A stretch of DNA of 32,000 nucleotides from an uncultured archaeon (GTDB lineage: Archaea > Asgardarchaeota > Lokiarchaeia > Sigyniarchaeales > Promethearchaeaceae), in assembly GCA_964426185.1 (NCBI GenBank), contig CAYRPF010000005.1:45867-77866 (forward strand). The letters are read 5' to 3'. The position numbers were made by a program, and so were the translations under genes. This document shows positions 8,901 to 16,954 of the stretch, piece after piece. Below the pieces are notes generated by a model. That model saw only the letters and a program-made list of their open reading frames with translations, made no database searches and had not been told where the DNA came from. The stretch's first letter is position 1; the number at the start of each line of letters is the position of its first letter.

Positions 8901-10416
8901 TATCCATCAATCTTTCTCGAAAATCCAATATCATTCTACACATATTATTATTCAATATATCTCAAAACTTCTTAAAGTTGCCCCAGGTTTTCATAAAGAA
9001 TTGTTTGATATTGGTTATAACTTAATTTCGTTCAAATCTTACATGTCTGATTCGGACAAAGGGACCTTACTCGTCTTTTTTACGGAAATTATTACTCATT
9101 CAAGGGGAAATTATATTCAGCCAATTACCATTCCAATTTTCTTAAAATCCAAACAAATAACATTAAATCCGTTCGAAAAGGTTCTAAAACCCTTTCTACT
9201 CTTCTGCATGAAAAATTCTCACAAACAGATGGAAAATTTCATTATGGAATCATTACAGAAAATGATGACTGATTTTTCTGATATATCAAAAATTCAAGAT
9301 TTTCTGGTTCATATCATTCACCATTCTCATGATTCCGAAGTAAAAATATCCGCAATGAAATTTTTCACTTCACTCCCAATTGAAATTAAAAATAGGAAAA
9401 ATATTTTATTAATTTTGAACCAATTACGTTCTAAAGATGACAATGTAAAAGCCCAAGCTATAGAATCCATAGGAATCATTCTGCGCGCCTTTCCGACTGT
9501 AAACCCTGATGAAAAAGGGCCATATAGTTCATATGCTAAAGTTATTCGAGATCTTTTATATAATGCTTTTTATAGTTCTTACAGTATAACTGCTCCGATT
9601 CAAATTCGCGCAACAATTATAGCCCATTTAAAAACCATATTATTGATCCAACCTCATTTTCCAGTTTCTTTGAAAATTCTCGATCAACTCTCTCAAGAAC
9701 CAGATGAGGTGCTGGCTATTCAAGCAGTTTCACTACTATTTGATTTTGTTGATTTCCATAAGGAAAAACTTAGTGAAGAATTGGTAATTCTGCATCATTA
9801 TTCTAATTCCCCATTTGCTTCAGTGCAAAAGATCATGAGTGAACGTATCGCAGGATTATTTAATGAGAAAGTACATTTGAATGTATTATTTCCCATTATT
9901 TTCAATTTAACTACAAGCGATTTCCCTGAAATTCGTCAAATGGTATTTAACACCATATTTTTACTGTTTAATCAAGAACCTACTTTACTACCGCAATTTT
10001 TCTATAACCTACAAAAATTAACGAAACAAGTTAACTATGAAATTCGATATGATTCTTTTGAGCTATTGACTAAAATTGTTAATATACTTTCTTTATCAGA
10101 AGATTTGATTGGAAAATTTAATGAAACACTTCTTAGATTATCCATGGATCCCGAAATGGGAATAAAGATCTTCATTTCTCAGAATTTAGTTCATTTAATT
10201 CATCGATATCCTCAACATAGTTCCGAGTATTTACATATTATTTCGGATTTTATCAGGTTAAATAATTCGGAGATTGTAAAAAATATTATACCCGCTTGTA
10301 AAGCGGTTATTCAAGTAAACCAAGAATTCAAGCCTATATTAGAAAAACGGATTAAAAAGGTGTTTAAGAAAACCCAAAATCCGTTTATCGATACGTTGCT
10401 AAAGGAAATTTCTTAG
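5983..10416 (+). CDS. Large protein with polytopic membrane N-terminus and HEAT/ARM-like alpha-solenoid C-terminus (1477 aa)
   Basis: About 10 hydrophobic segments lie in aa 1-430. HEAT-like units follow (LEDSNISIKSDALIACG, SETIEIRKAVISSL, DPRSEIRHQV, SKDDNVKAQAIESIG, SDFPEIRQMV, DPEMGIKIFI). Confidence 0.75.
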   Translation: MFLNVFQLTDFLLNNLNSFLIGLNTLIGIIIFIRMMAHSRQELKTAPRYNIFQKASNFFGAFSYSLMVSLTVVFIIALISSMIAVNALYYINNFRREFANYNQLIATFQYPVFLPTILVLMAAFAVFYSLLEYLLMAQPSQDAPMEIQRWIEKTFIDRFRPPWSYLVAFIIFVVIVLLAPFITARLSLQLWTNFPPNAKIWLIILIFMSWIMLGPIFYLSYYSQIGIVQAYFRGRKINKKKDKKGAFFYYIALLGIFMTVYSFIKILILIFDARPDTALNPLDAQGDFWPIIFKFIKERSGLLTQEQIQAILAFFAIFPLGFSSFILTTIIFGLVGFYAKFLSKEPLNTPKMILFAAYIITGIAFSIFINTIVNFPYTFPTQFLNSIGFPLTTRNINDQILLLRIFAIPLLMEKTINLIFLINFLFLNKSLKQQMEKLVLNQAITNEDFEIFQKYLNHRDPSIRLKLFIHLVDYINLDPTMTDQARDQLSNIFERFIFDEDPNINQMFIENSAKITDLFTLSSQLNLCYRLIAKESPQSINMGFNLLKIALPYSQNLSDDENTQIFKVMKKIVLKSYNPQINNSFTEFLSNFRRSFPILTRKLIISFIQATPRFEILLGLNFISQFPKFVQSDKDIIILSIQNQLKKMDLEIIKNALHAYIRFALVETSLIPQIMTEFNQITLNEEPIIQEKIGGIVQFNLIHPEWFEQFFEYLRIYLEDSNISIKSDALIACGTLASPVNEFQFFNSIYPYFLQNIQSETIEIRKAVISSLIVIAQTRPDIYNDPRFHKLFTFLIVDPRSEIRHQVYRFFIDGDPEYIVRDIANLLETPISIGVRVDLLNILSQIVPSVIPYVDDIDLYRILMEQPFSNQENEVNMSVIQELQEDKTSLFGFRNFQSSFNLYDSIVALMYDLTYYIPEKYHILVDFYQKHQKLENDFSLAKKIEFYSKIIYEELSLTRTVGITFTLVNLIELIHQSFSKIQYHSTHIIIQYISKLLKVAPGFHKELFDIGYNLISFKSYMSDSDKGTLLVFFTEIITHSRGNYIQPITIPIFLKSKQITLNPFEKVLKPFLLFCMKNSHKQMENFIMESLQKMMTDFSDISKIQDFLVHIIHHSHDSEVKISAMKFFTSLPIEIKNRKNILLILNQLRSKDDNVKAQAIESIGIILRAFPTVNPDEKGPYSSYAKVIRDLLYNAFYSSYSITAPIQIRATIIAHLKTILLIQPHFPVSLKILDQLSQEPDEVLAIQAVSLLFDFVDFHKEKLSEELVILHHYSNSPFASVQKIMSERIAGLFNEKVHLNVLFPIIFNLTTSDFPEIRQMVFNTIFLLFNQEPTLLPQFFYNLQKLTKQVNYEIRYDSFELLTKIVNILSLSEDLIGKFNETLLRLSMDPEMGIKIFISQNLVHLIHRYPQHSSEYLHIISDFIRLNNSEIVKNIIPACKAVIQVNQEFKPILEKRIKKVFKKTQNPFIDTLLKEIS

Positions 10417-10430
10417 AAATTACATAATAC

Positions 10431-12527
10431 TTAGGAAAAATCTGCGAAAAATAATTTTTTAATTGAATCTAAGATATTTTCTAGAAATTCTTTTGTAATA
10501 TCTTTTGCTTCAGAAATTTTTTCGATTTCATTTGAGAAAATAACACTTAGTTTATCACGATCATAGAAGAAAACATTCAAATTTTCAGGAAATACCAAAG
10601 TAAACAAGAAATAAGCTTGACCTTTTGTCCTTTTTTCTTTTTGAGTATAATCTTTAATTGTTTGAGTATAAATTAAAGCAAATGTCTTAGGATCAGTAAA
10701 TAATAAAGGACCAAATAAACCTTGATGGTAGAGTTGACCTTGGCCGAGTGCAATAGAATACAAACTGCCAACTCTTAAAACATTCGCTTGAATGATTGGA
10801 TCCGATAAATCTAAACGAGTACTCTCTTGTATCATAGGACCTAGGCGTTCATCAATTTTAAAGACAATCATGGCGATTTCATTTAAATAATTTATTGAGA
10901 TTACGGATTCTCTAAAGGAATATAAAGGATCTCTTAATATATTGATCATTCGCTTAAATAGATAGCCTTCTATACTGGAGGAGATGGATTTTGCTGATGG
11001 TTTTGTTTCTATTAGGTTATGAATTTCCTCGCATAAGTGGATATGATATTCAAATGAAAGTTTTTTGGATATTTCAAAAGCGTTTTGTAATTTTTCTAAT
11101 GCCTTTTTGGGTGTTTCTAAGGCTATAAAAGATAAAGCCAAAATTTCATAAAGTAGCATTTGGAAGATGTGTTGATTTTTCTTTTTGGCAAGATCTAAAG
11201 ACTTAAGTGCTAAATTTTGTATATTTTGAATTATTTTTTGTTTGGTTTCTGGTTGATTTCGACTAAAATTTGAGTATTGCAGGAGATAATTACGAATTGA
11301 AAGAAAATTGAAAATGTTTTGGAAAAGTGTTTTATTCTTTCTTTGTGCGAGATTAGAACCCTCGCTCAGAAGAAATTCTGCTTCAAAGAAATTCTGATGT
11401 TCTATCGCTTTATTTGCTCTAAATTGCAAAATTTGCATTTGAATTTGCTTTAAATCGTATTTTTTAGCGAATTTGTCTGCTAATTTAAGATGAGAATAAG
11501 CTTGTCTTGTCTCACCAAGTTGATCTTCAATATTCGCTAAGAGAATTAGAATTTCTGCATGTTGAATAAAACCTTCAGTATCTTCAATAATAGAAATTGC
11601 TTTAATTAATAAATCCTTTGATTTTAAAAATTGAGATTTTAATTCCCAAAATTTAGCAAAAAATAACAATGCTTGTGCATACCTGACTGGATCTTCTAAT
11701 TCTTGATATAACGATATTGCTTGATCTAATATTTTGTTAGCTTCAATAATTCTACCTAATTGTAATAAAATATTCGCTTGCCCAACGTATAAATATGCTC
11801 GAGATCTACGATCTTCAATTTTTTGTGCCAATTCAATTCCTTTTTGAAAAACTTGCAATGCAGTATCATATTCTCCCATTATTTCTTTGGATTCTGCAAT
11901 ATTATGTAAAATCAAGCATTGCCATTTATGTAAATCGTTTTCTTCTGCTATTTGAAGAGCTTTTTCAAAATTCTGAAGGGCTAATTCATTATCACCATTT
12001 TCCCTTAGAATTAATGCCATATTTGAGATCAATTGTATTTTTAATTGATAATTTCCTGTAAGATCCAGAGATTCTACTAAAGATAGGTATTTTAATGCTT
12101 CAGAATTTTTATTTTGGTGATAGTAAATTGCCCCCAAAATCATCCCAGTTCTGGCGGCTTTTACGTGTAATCCCAGTTTTTGAAAAATTTCTAAGGCTTT
12201 TCTTGCTCTAATTTCGGATTTTTTGAATTCTCCCATTTCCATTTCGATTAAAGAGATTCCACGTAAAGACTCTCCTTTGAATTCCAAATGATATTTTTTT
12301 ATGGAGTAATCATATAACTCAAAATAATATTTTCTTGCTTCAGAGAACTTCGATTGGTAAAAACAAGCAGATCCAAGCATATTTAAAATTTGAAACCTTT
12401 CTGCTTCTTCTTTTGCTATATTTAATAATTCATTTAACTCTTGCTCAGCTTCACGAGGGTGTTTCATAATTTCTTGCTCTAACTCGTCTAATCGAGATAG
12501 TATCTCTGATTTTGAATCCAGTCTCAT
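10431..12527 (-). CDS. TPR-repeat protein with C-terminal longin/uDENN-like domain
   Basis: Many TPR-like units (LNMLGSACFYQSKFSEARKYY, ISNMALILRENGDNELALQNFEKALQIA). The C-terminal ~150 aa begin IAMIVFKIDERLGPMI. Confidence 0.8.
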   Translation of the reverse strand: MRLDSKSEILSRLDELEQEIMKHPREAEQELNELLNIAKEEAERFQILNMLGSACFYQSKFSEARKYYFELYDYSIKKYHLEFKGESLRGISLIEMEMGEFKKSEIRARKALEIFQKLGLHVKAARTGMILGAIYYHQNKNSEALKYLSLVESLDLTGNYQLKIQLISNMALILRENGDNELALQNFEKALQIAEENDLHKWQCLILHNIAESKEIMGEYDTALQVFQKGIELAQKIEDRRSRAYLYVGQANILLQLGRIIEANKILDQAISLYQELEDPVRYAQALLFFAKFWELKSQFLKSKDLLIKAISIIEDTEGFIQHAEILILLANIEDQLGETRQAYSHLKLADKFAKKYDLKQIQMQILQFRANKAIEHQNFFEAEFLLSEGSNLAQRKNKTLFQNIFNFLSIRNYLLQYSNFSRNQPETKQKIIQNIQNLALKSLDLAKKKNQHIFQMLLYEILALSFIALETPKKALEKLQNAFEISKKLSFEYHIHLCEEIHNLIETKPSAKSISSSIEGYLFKRMINILRDPLYSFRESVISINYLNEIAMIVFKIDERLGPMIQESTRLDLSDPIIQANVLRVGSLYSIALGQGQLYHQGLFGPLLFTDPKTFALIYTQTIKDYTQKEKRTKGQAYFLFTLVFPENLNVFFYDRDKLSVIFSNEIEKISEAKDITKEFLENILDSIKKLFFADFS

Positions 12528-12632
12528 AATGCTCCCGCGTAAAATTGAATTGTATGCCTACTATTAAGCTCGGTACCATTAATATTTTAGGAATAGTGCG
12601 AATTTGATCATATTTTACTTATCTTTTTAAGT

Positions 12633-12860
12633 ATGAAGCCGACAATAATTATGAGGGTAAATATGAACTACAAAAATGGTATTATCATTGCAATTATAGG
12701 ATTAATTGTCTCAATTATCTCTTATCCGATTGCACCAGTAATCACCTACTTTTTCGGCTCTTACATGTTATTTTTCTTGGTATTTCTATATTTCACTGAT
12801 ATAAGAAAGAGATATAAGCCAATTGAAGTAATTCAATCAAGAACTCTTGAAACTGTCTAA
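12633..12860 (+). CDS. Small two-TM membrane protein
   Basis: Two hydrophobic helices and a basic tail. The start may be a downstream ATG (12663, after a GAGG RBS-like motif). Confidence 0.6.
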   Translation: MKPTIIMRVNMNYKNGIIIAIIGLIVSIISYPIAPVITYFFGSYMLFFLVFLYFTDIRKRYKPIEVIQSRTLETV

Positions 12861-12918
12861 CCTTTATTTCCACTTTCATCTAAATTTATCATCTATTGAC
12901 CTTAAAAAGTGAATCACT

Positions 12919-13083
12919 ATGAGTAACAAAGTGCGTTTTACTGCGAAAATTGAAAAATTCACCCCAAATTTGGAAATTCCTTCAGATTCATCTTTTCTTA
13001 ATTATAAAATTCAAGAGTTTAATCGAATTGAGATGATCGAACGCATTTATGATGCATTACTTGAAGCAAGGCTTCGAAAATAA
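12919..13083 (+). CDS. Small hypothetical protein (54 aa), not in ORF track
   Basis: MSNKVRFTAKIEKFTPNLEIPSDSSFLNYKIQEFNRIEMIERIYDALLEARLRK*. It has an upstream GTGA RBS-like motif and a downstream T-tract. Confidence 0.6.
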   Translation: MSNKVRFTAKIEKFTPNLEIPSDSSFLNYKIQEFNRIEMIERIYDALLEARLRK

Positions 13084-13095
13084 TCACTGTATCAA

Positions 13096-13106
13096 TTTTT
13101 TTTTTT
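13096..13106 (+). terminator. Oligo-T archaeal-type terminator
   Basis: A T11 run begins 13 nt after the stop of the 54-aa ORF. Confidence 0.45.
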
Positions 13107-13183
13107 CTTTTCACAAAATAATGAACACTCAATCAGCGGTAATCTGATAATTTTAAAGGTAATGTAAATTATTAAACTTAATC

Positions 13184-13486
13184 ATGTCTCAAATCAAATT
13201 TAAACAAGAAGAAAAAACAATATTCCTTGGTGGATTAATTATTGTAGTTCTATTGATTGTAATTTTTGCAATCAACAATTTTCCAGGATATCTCTATTTA
13301 ATTGTTGGATTATTGGGTATTACCTTGGGGATTTTTTATCTGAAATCCCAAGAAAAAGAACAACGATTTGAATGGATCAAAGAATACGTTTATGCCCGTC
13401 AACGTGAAGAAAAGAAAAGATCCATGAAAAATAAGGATGATACAGATAATTTCATTGAAGAAAAACTTGATTCAAACGAAAAATAG
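13184..13486 (+). CDS. Small two-TM membrane protein with charged C-terminal tail
   Basis: Two TM helices (aa ~12-53), then a K/E-rich helix; a T9 run follows the stop. Confidence 0.7.
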   Translation: MSQIKFKQEEKTIFLGGLIIVVLLIVIFAINNFPGYLYLIVGLLGITLGIFYLKSQEKEQRFEWIKEYVYARQREEKKRSMKNKDDTDNFIEEKLDSNEK

Positions 13487-13499
13487 TTTTTTTTTAAAA

Positions 13500-13588
13500 T
13501 TCGCCTATCACGGTTCTCGTTTTAACAATATATGATTAATAGGTTAGTTCGAATTTTTATATAAAATTAATGAGCCGCCATAGGCGAA
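13500..13588. repeat. Imperfect inverted repeat between convergent genes
   Basis: TTCGCCTAT-CA-CGGTTC (13500-13516) pairs with GAGCCG-CC-ATAGGCGAA (13572-13588) across a 55-nt AT-rich spacer. Confidence 0.65.
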
Positions 13589-13600
13589 ATTTCTAATTTA

Positions 13601-14419
13601 TTAATTTTTTTCATGAGAAAATAGAAATTCTATTAACTGAGGCATAAATTTTAATTCATTTTGAAGCCAATCTGGCAAAGATAGATTTTTTTCAATTTTT
13701 TTGAAATCTATATGATTTTTCATATATACCATGCGAAAAGATTCAATAAAAAGGCTAGTTGCATAAGGTATATAATCTTCTACCTTTTTTCTGCATATAT
13801 TTAGAAGATTATTTAAAAGTTGATTCAACTGATGAAAATTTAACTTTGAATTCTCTGTTCGAGATAACTGATTAGAGATTTCATCAAAATAAAGATTATA
13901 TTGATGCTCTTTTGCGAATTCTCCAATAGTCATAGTAATCTCTTTTTGAACTTGCTTCATTAATGTCTGGTCTAAGTATTGCCAGATATTTTCAATAGTT
14001 TGATTATAAATAGAAATTAGTAATTCTAAATCAGTTGGATTCGGCTTGATACTTAAAATTCGTCTAATTTTAAATGTAAAAATCGTCGAATTTAATGGTT
14101 TAAATGTAAATTCCTTTGCTCCGTAATACAATGCCTTTAAAATTAATCCGCGATGTTCTAATCCTGCTAGAAGGAAAATTTTTATCTGGGGATCAATAGA
14201 AATTATTTTTCTTATACCATTACATTTTTTATTTCTTTCTAATGAAAGATCATAGATAATAAAACTAAAATGTGTTTTAGAACATTGAGCATAGGTATCC
14301 TTCATAGAAGATTTACGATTGATGTTCTTAAGTCCTGATTTCATTAGAATTTTGGAAATATTTTCTGCTAGTTCGTTTGAACGAGTTATTAGAAGCACAT
14401 TTTGATCTATCATAATCAT
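13601..14419 (-). CDS. Receiver (REC)-domain protein, atypical, with helical C-terminal domain
   Basis: REC pattern NVLLI...FIIYDLSL...NGIRKIISIDPQIKIFLL...ALYYGAKEFTFKP. The N-terminal acidic pair is missing. Confidence 0.75.
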   Translation of the reverse strand: MIMIDQNVLLITRSNELAENISKILMKSGLKNINRKSSMKDTYAQCSKTHFSFIIYDLSLERNKKCNGIRKIISIDPQIKIFLLAGLEHRGLILKALYYGAKEFTFKPLNSTIFTFKIRRILSIKPNPTDLELLISIYNQTIENIWQYLDQTLMKQVQKEITMTIGEFAKEHQYNLYFDEISNQLSRTENSKLNFHQLNQLLNNLLNICRKKVEDYIPYATSLFIESFRMVYMKNHIDFKKIEKNLSLPDWLQNELKFMPQLIEFLFSHEKN

Positions 14420-14452
14420 CCTTTTTTTTTTGGTTTCAATCCTATACTTTCC

Positions 14453-15475
14453 CTATTTTATTATAATAATTATAACACCTATAACTATAATTATAACTCC
14501 CAAAAAAGATAAACTAGAAATTTTTTCTCGATTGATTAAATATGCAATTGGAATAGAAAATAGAGGATTTGCACTCGCTAATAATGACATTATAGTCGCT
14601 CCTGTTACTCTAGCCGCTTCAGTGTATAAGAAAGCACCTAATGAAGTGCCTATTATGGATGCAATGATAAGCAAAAAGTATGATTGCTTCGAAATTGTGC
14701 TTAATTTTGGTTTTTCTTTTGGAATTAAGATACCGCTAAGGATTAGAAATGCCGCAGGAAACCGAATGACATTTCCCAAAATACTGCTTGATGCTCCAAT
14801 ATTTAATTGATTATTTATTTGATTGGTTGCATAATCTATAATTACTAAACCTGCTGCCCACCCTAAGCTGGCAAAAATTGCGAATCCAATTGCCAAAATT
14901 GTTTTTTTCGGTGTAATTAACTCTCTTTTTTTTCCACTATGTAATTTTTTTGATTTTCTTGCTATGATAGTGGTTTTGTTTGAATTTATTGAATCTGGAA
15001 TAATGGACATTTCTTGAGATTCTTTAATTTGAGCTTTTGCAATAACAAGGACTCCTGAGGTAATAAATATGAAAGATACAAATATCCACCATTCAAATTT
15101 TTGATGCAACACAAGAACTGATAACAGAAATGAGAATAAGGGATATGTCATTGAAATTGCTAATGCTTTTGTGGGACCAAGTTCTTTTTGGGCCATAAAA
15201 TAGCTAGTGTCTCCCAAAACTTGACCAAAAACAAAACTTAAGATTAACCATATCCATAATTCTAATGAAAGTGAGAAAATTAGGTGGAAAATTCCAGAAT
15301 AGGCTGCAATGGCAAAAAAAGTAATCACTCCAATAAGTGTTCTGAACGTATTAATAAAAAGTGGTGAAGCTTCATGTTCACATTTTCGAAATATTACATT
15401 AGATAATACAAAAGAAAGAGTTGCAGCTAATGCTATGACTTCACCTGCCATAGGAAGGTTAACAACAGATTGCAT
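14453..15475 (-). CDS. EamA/DMT-family transporter
   Basis: Two EamA repeats (10 TM) with YPLFSFLLSVLVLHQK and NPLFSIPIAYLINREKI motifs. Confidence 0.9.
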   Translation of the reverse strand: MQSVVNLPMAGEVIALAATLSFVLSNVIFRKCEHEASPLFINTFRTLIGVITFFAIAAYSGIFHLIFSLSLELWIWLILSFVFGQVLGDTSYFMAQKELGPTKALAISMTYPLFSFLLSVLVLHQKFEWWIFVSFIFITSGVLVIAKAQIKESQEMSIIPDSINSNKTTIIARKSKKLHSGKKRELITPKKTILAIGFAIFASLGWAAGLVIIDYATNQINNQLNIGASSSILGNVIRFPAAFLILSGILIPKEKPKLSTISKQSYFLLIIASIIGTSLGAFLYTEAARVTGATIMSLLASANPLFSIPIAYLINREKISSLSFLGVIIIVIGVIIIIIK

Positions 15476-15546
15476 AATTTCTTTTGCTTTCGTGTATATG
15501 ATTATTTAATAGAATATCTCAACTAATTAATAAATAGGGTGATCAA

Positions 15547-15954
15547 ATGATTCGCTGGCTCTTTACAGTTTCATTTATAAATTACATGAAATCCAAATCA
15601 TGGGAGATTTCAGGAGAAAAGGATGAAAATCGAACTATTGCTTCGCCAGTAGCGATAGCAATATTCACAGCCTGTACTTTGGGTTGATCCATGAGTAATT
15701 TCTTTCCATTTGAGGTAGCCGGGATGCCACTAGAAGAAGCACAAAATGACCCAGGATTAATTCAGGTTGAAACGAGTAACAAACCAGAATGGTTGCAAAT
15801 ATTTGTAGAAAAATCGATAATACCTGATTTAATCGATCCTATGATCTTGGATTATTCATTGCTAAACGAGGTTGAATTTCCTTTTGTGGTAATAAATCCT
15901 CAATTAATAGATGATCTTCAATTCTATGGCAATGTATCATTAGAGCAGGAATGA
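15547..15954 (+). CDS. HesB/IscA-fold protein with in-frame UGA (candidate selenoprotein, 135 aa, Sec47)
   Basis: ATG 15547 has a GGTGA RBS (15538-15542) and is in frame with ORF 15691-15954; the only interruption is TGA 15685-15687. Read-through gives ...AIAIFTACTLG-U-SM...LQIFVEKSIIPDL...MILDY...FVVINP, colinear with IscA/HesB (SGCSG...VVVD...LDF...FxFxNP). Confidence 0.7.
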
Positions 15955-16020
15955 TCCTTTGATAGAAATTCTTCAATAAATAAGGAAAATCAAAGGGAAC
16001 GCCAAGCAAATGGATGCTCT
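15942..16020 (+). promoter_or_regulatory. SECIS-like hairpin candidate
   Basis: ATGA (15951-54); stem CCTTTGAT/ATCAAAGG; A-rich internal loop AGAAA/AA; ministem TTCTT/AAGGA; 3' GA (15997-98); basal pairing AGAGCA/TGCTCT; followed by a T-tract. Confidence 0.5.
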
Positions 16021-16105
16021 TTTTTTTCGATTTCGAAATTACAAAATAGAAAAATGCTGATATATTATCCTAATAAGGAATAAAAAAAAGAATCAGGTTA
16101 GCAAG

Positions 16106-16954
16106 TTGAAACGAACACGAAAAGAAGAATATCATGAAATTATATCTCAAATACCAGAATTGGAATATCACCCAACTTCACCATTCATCCAAGTGAATAA
16201 TTTAGTAAAGAATTTTAAATTAGGTGATACCCAAATCCAAGCAGTAGATAATATTACCTTGAACATTCATCAGCATGAATATGTAGTTATTGTGGGTGAA
16301 AGTGGTGCTGGAAAAACCACATTACTACATTTATTGGGTGGGTTAGATAAACCCAGTGCAGGAAAAGTGATCTTGAGCCATATAGATCTTTCTCATTTTG
16401 ATCAAGAAACTTTGGCCACTTTTCGCATATTCACAGTTGGAATCGTGTTTCAAAATTATAATTTAATTTCTTCCTTAACATCTCTTGAAAACATCTTATT
16501 CCCAATGCAATTATGTGACTTTACAGTTGAGGAAAGCCTTAAACGAGCAACTGAATTATTAGAATCTGTTGGTTTAAGTGCCCGTGCAGATCATCTTCCT
16601 TTTCAATTAAGTGCAGGAGAGCAGCAAAGAGTAGCAATTGCTCGGGCATTGGCACTTAATCCGCCTATTATTCTTGCAGATGAACCTACTGCCAATCTGG
16701 ATAAAACTAATGCAGAATATATTGGACGACTTTTTGAAGAACTCCGACAGCAAGGTAAAACCGTAGTATTGATATCTCATGATGAGAAATTAATCAAACA
16801 TGCTCATCGAAAGCTGGAAATGGCCGAAGGAAAAATTGTTAAAGATGAAATTCTTCAAGAAATTATTTTCAATGATTCTATCGAAAATTTTGCTACTAAT
16901 TTAGATGAAAATTCTACCGTAAATTCAGAGAAAAATTCCGAAGAGGGGATGTGA
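16106..16954 (+). CDS. ABC transporter ATP-binding protein (LolD/MacB-like)
   Basis: Walker A GESGAGKTT, signature LSAGEQQRV, Walker B ILADEPTANLD, H-loop SHD. Confidence 0.93.
   Translation: MKRTRKEEYHEIISQIPELEYHPTSPFIQVNNLVKNFKLGDTQIQAVDNITLNIHQHEYVVIVGESGAGKTTLLHLLGGLDKPSAGKVILSHIDLSHFDQETLATFRIFTVGIVFQNYNLISSLTSLENILFPMQLCDFTVEESLKRATELLESVGLSARADHLPFQLSAGEQQRVAIARALALNPPIILADEPTANLDKTNAEYIGRLFEELRQQGKTVVLISHDEKLIKHAHRKLEMAEGKIVKDEILQEIIFNDSIENFATNLDENSTVNSEKNSEEGM

Noticed and set aside
14430-14810. 126-aa plus-strand ORF, and other short antisense or nested ORFs in the track (e.g. 2353-2547, 2960-3190, 4167-4454, 11795-12061, 19720-19944, 25134-25364, 27679-27939, 30653-30892)
   Set aside because: They overlap well-supported genes and show no recognisable motifs.
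15547-15954. Interpretation as a pseudogene with a nonsense mutation
   Set aside because: Not excluded, but less parsimonious: the TGA falls at the HesB Cys/Sec position, the RBS is intact, there are no other lesions, and a SECIS-like hairpin follows.
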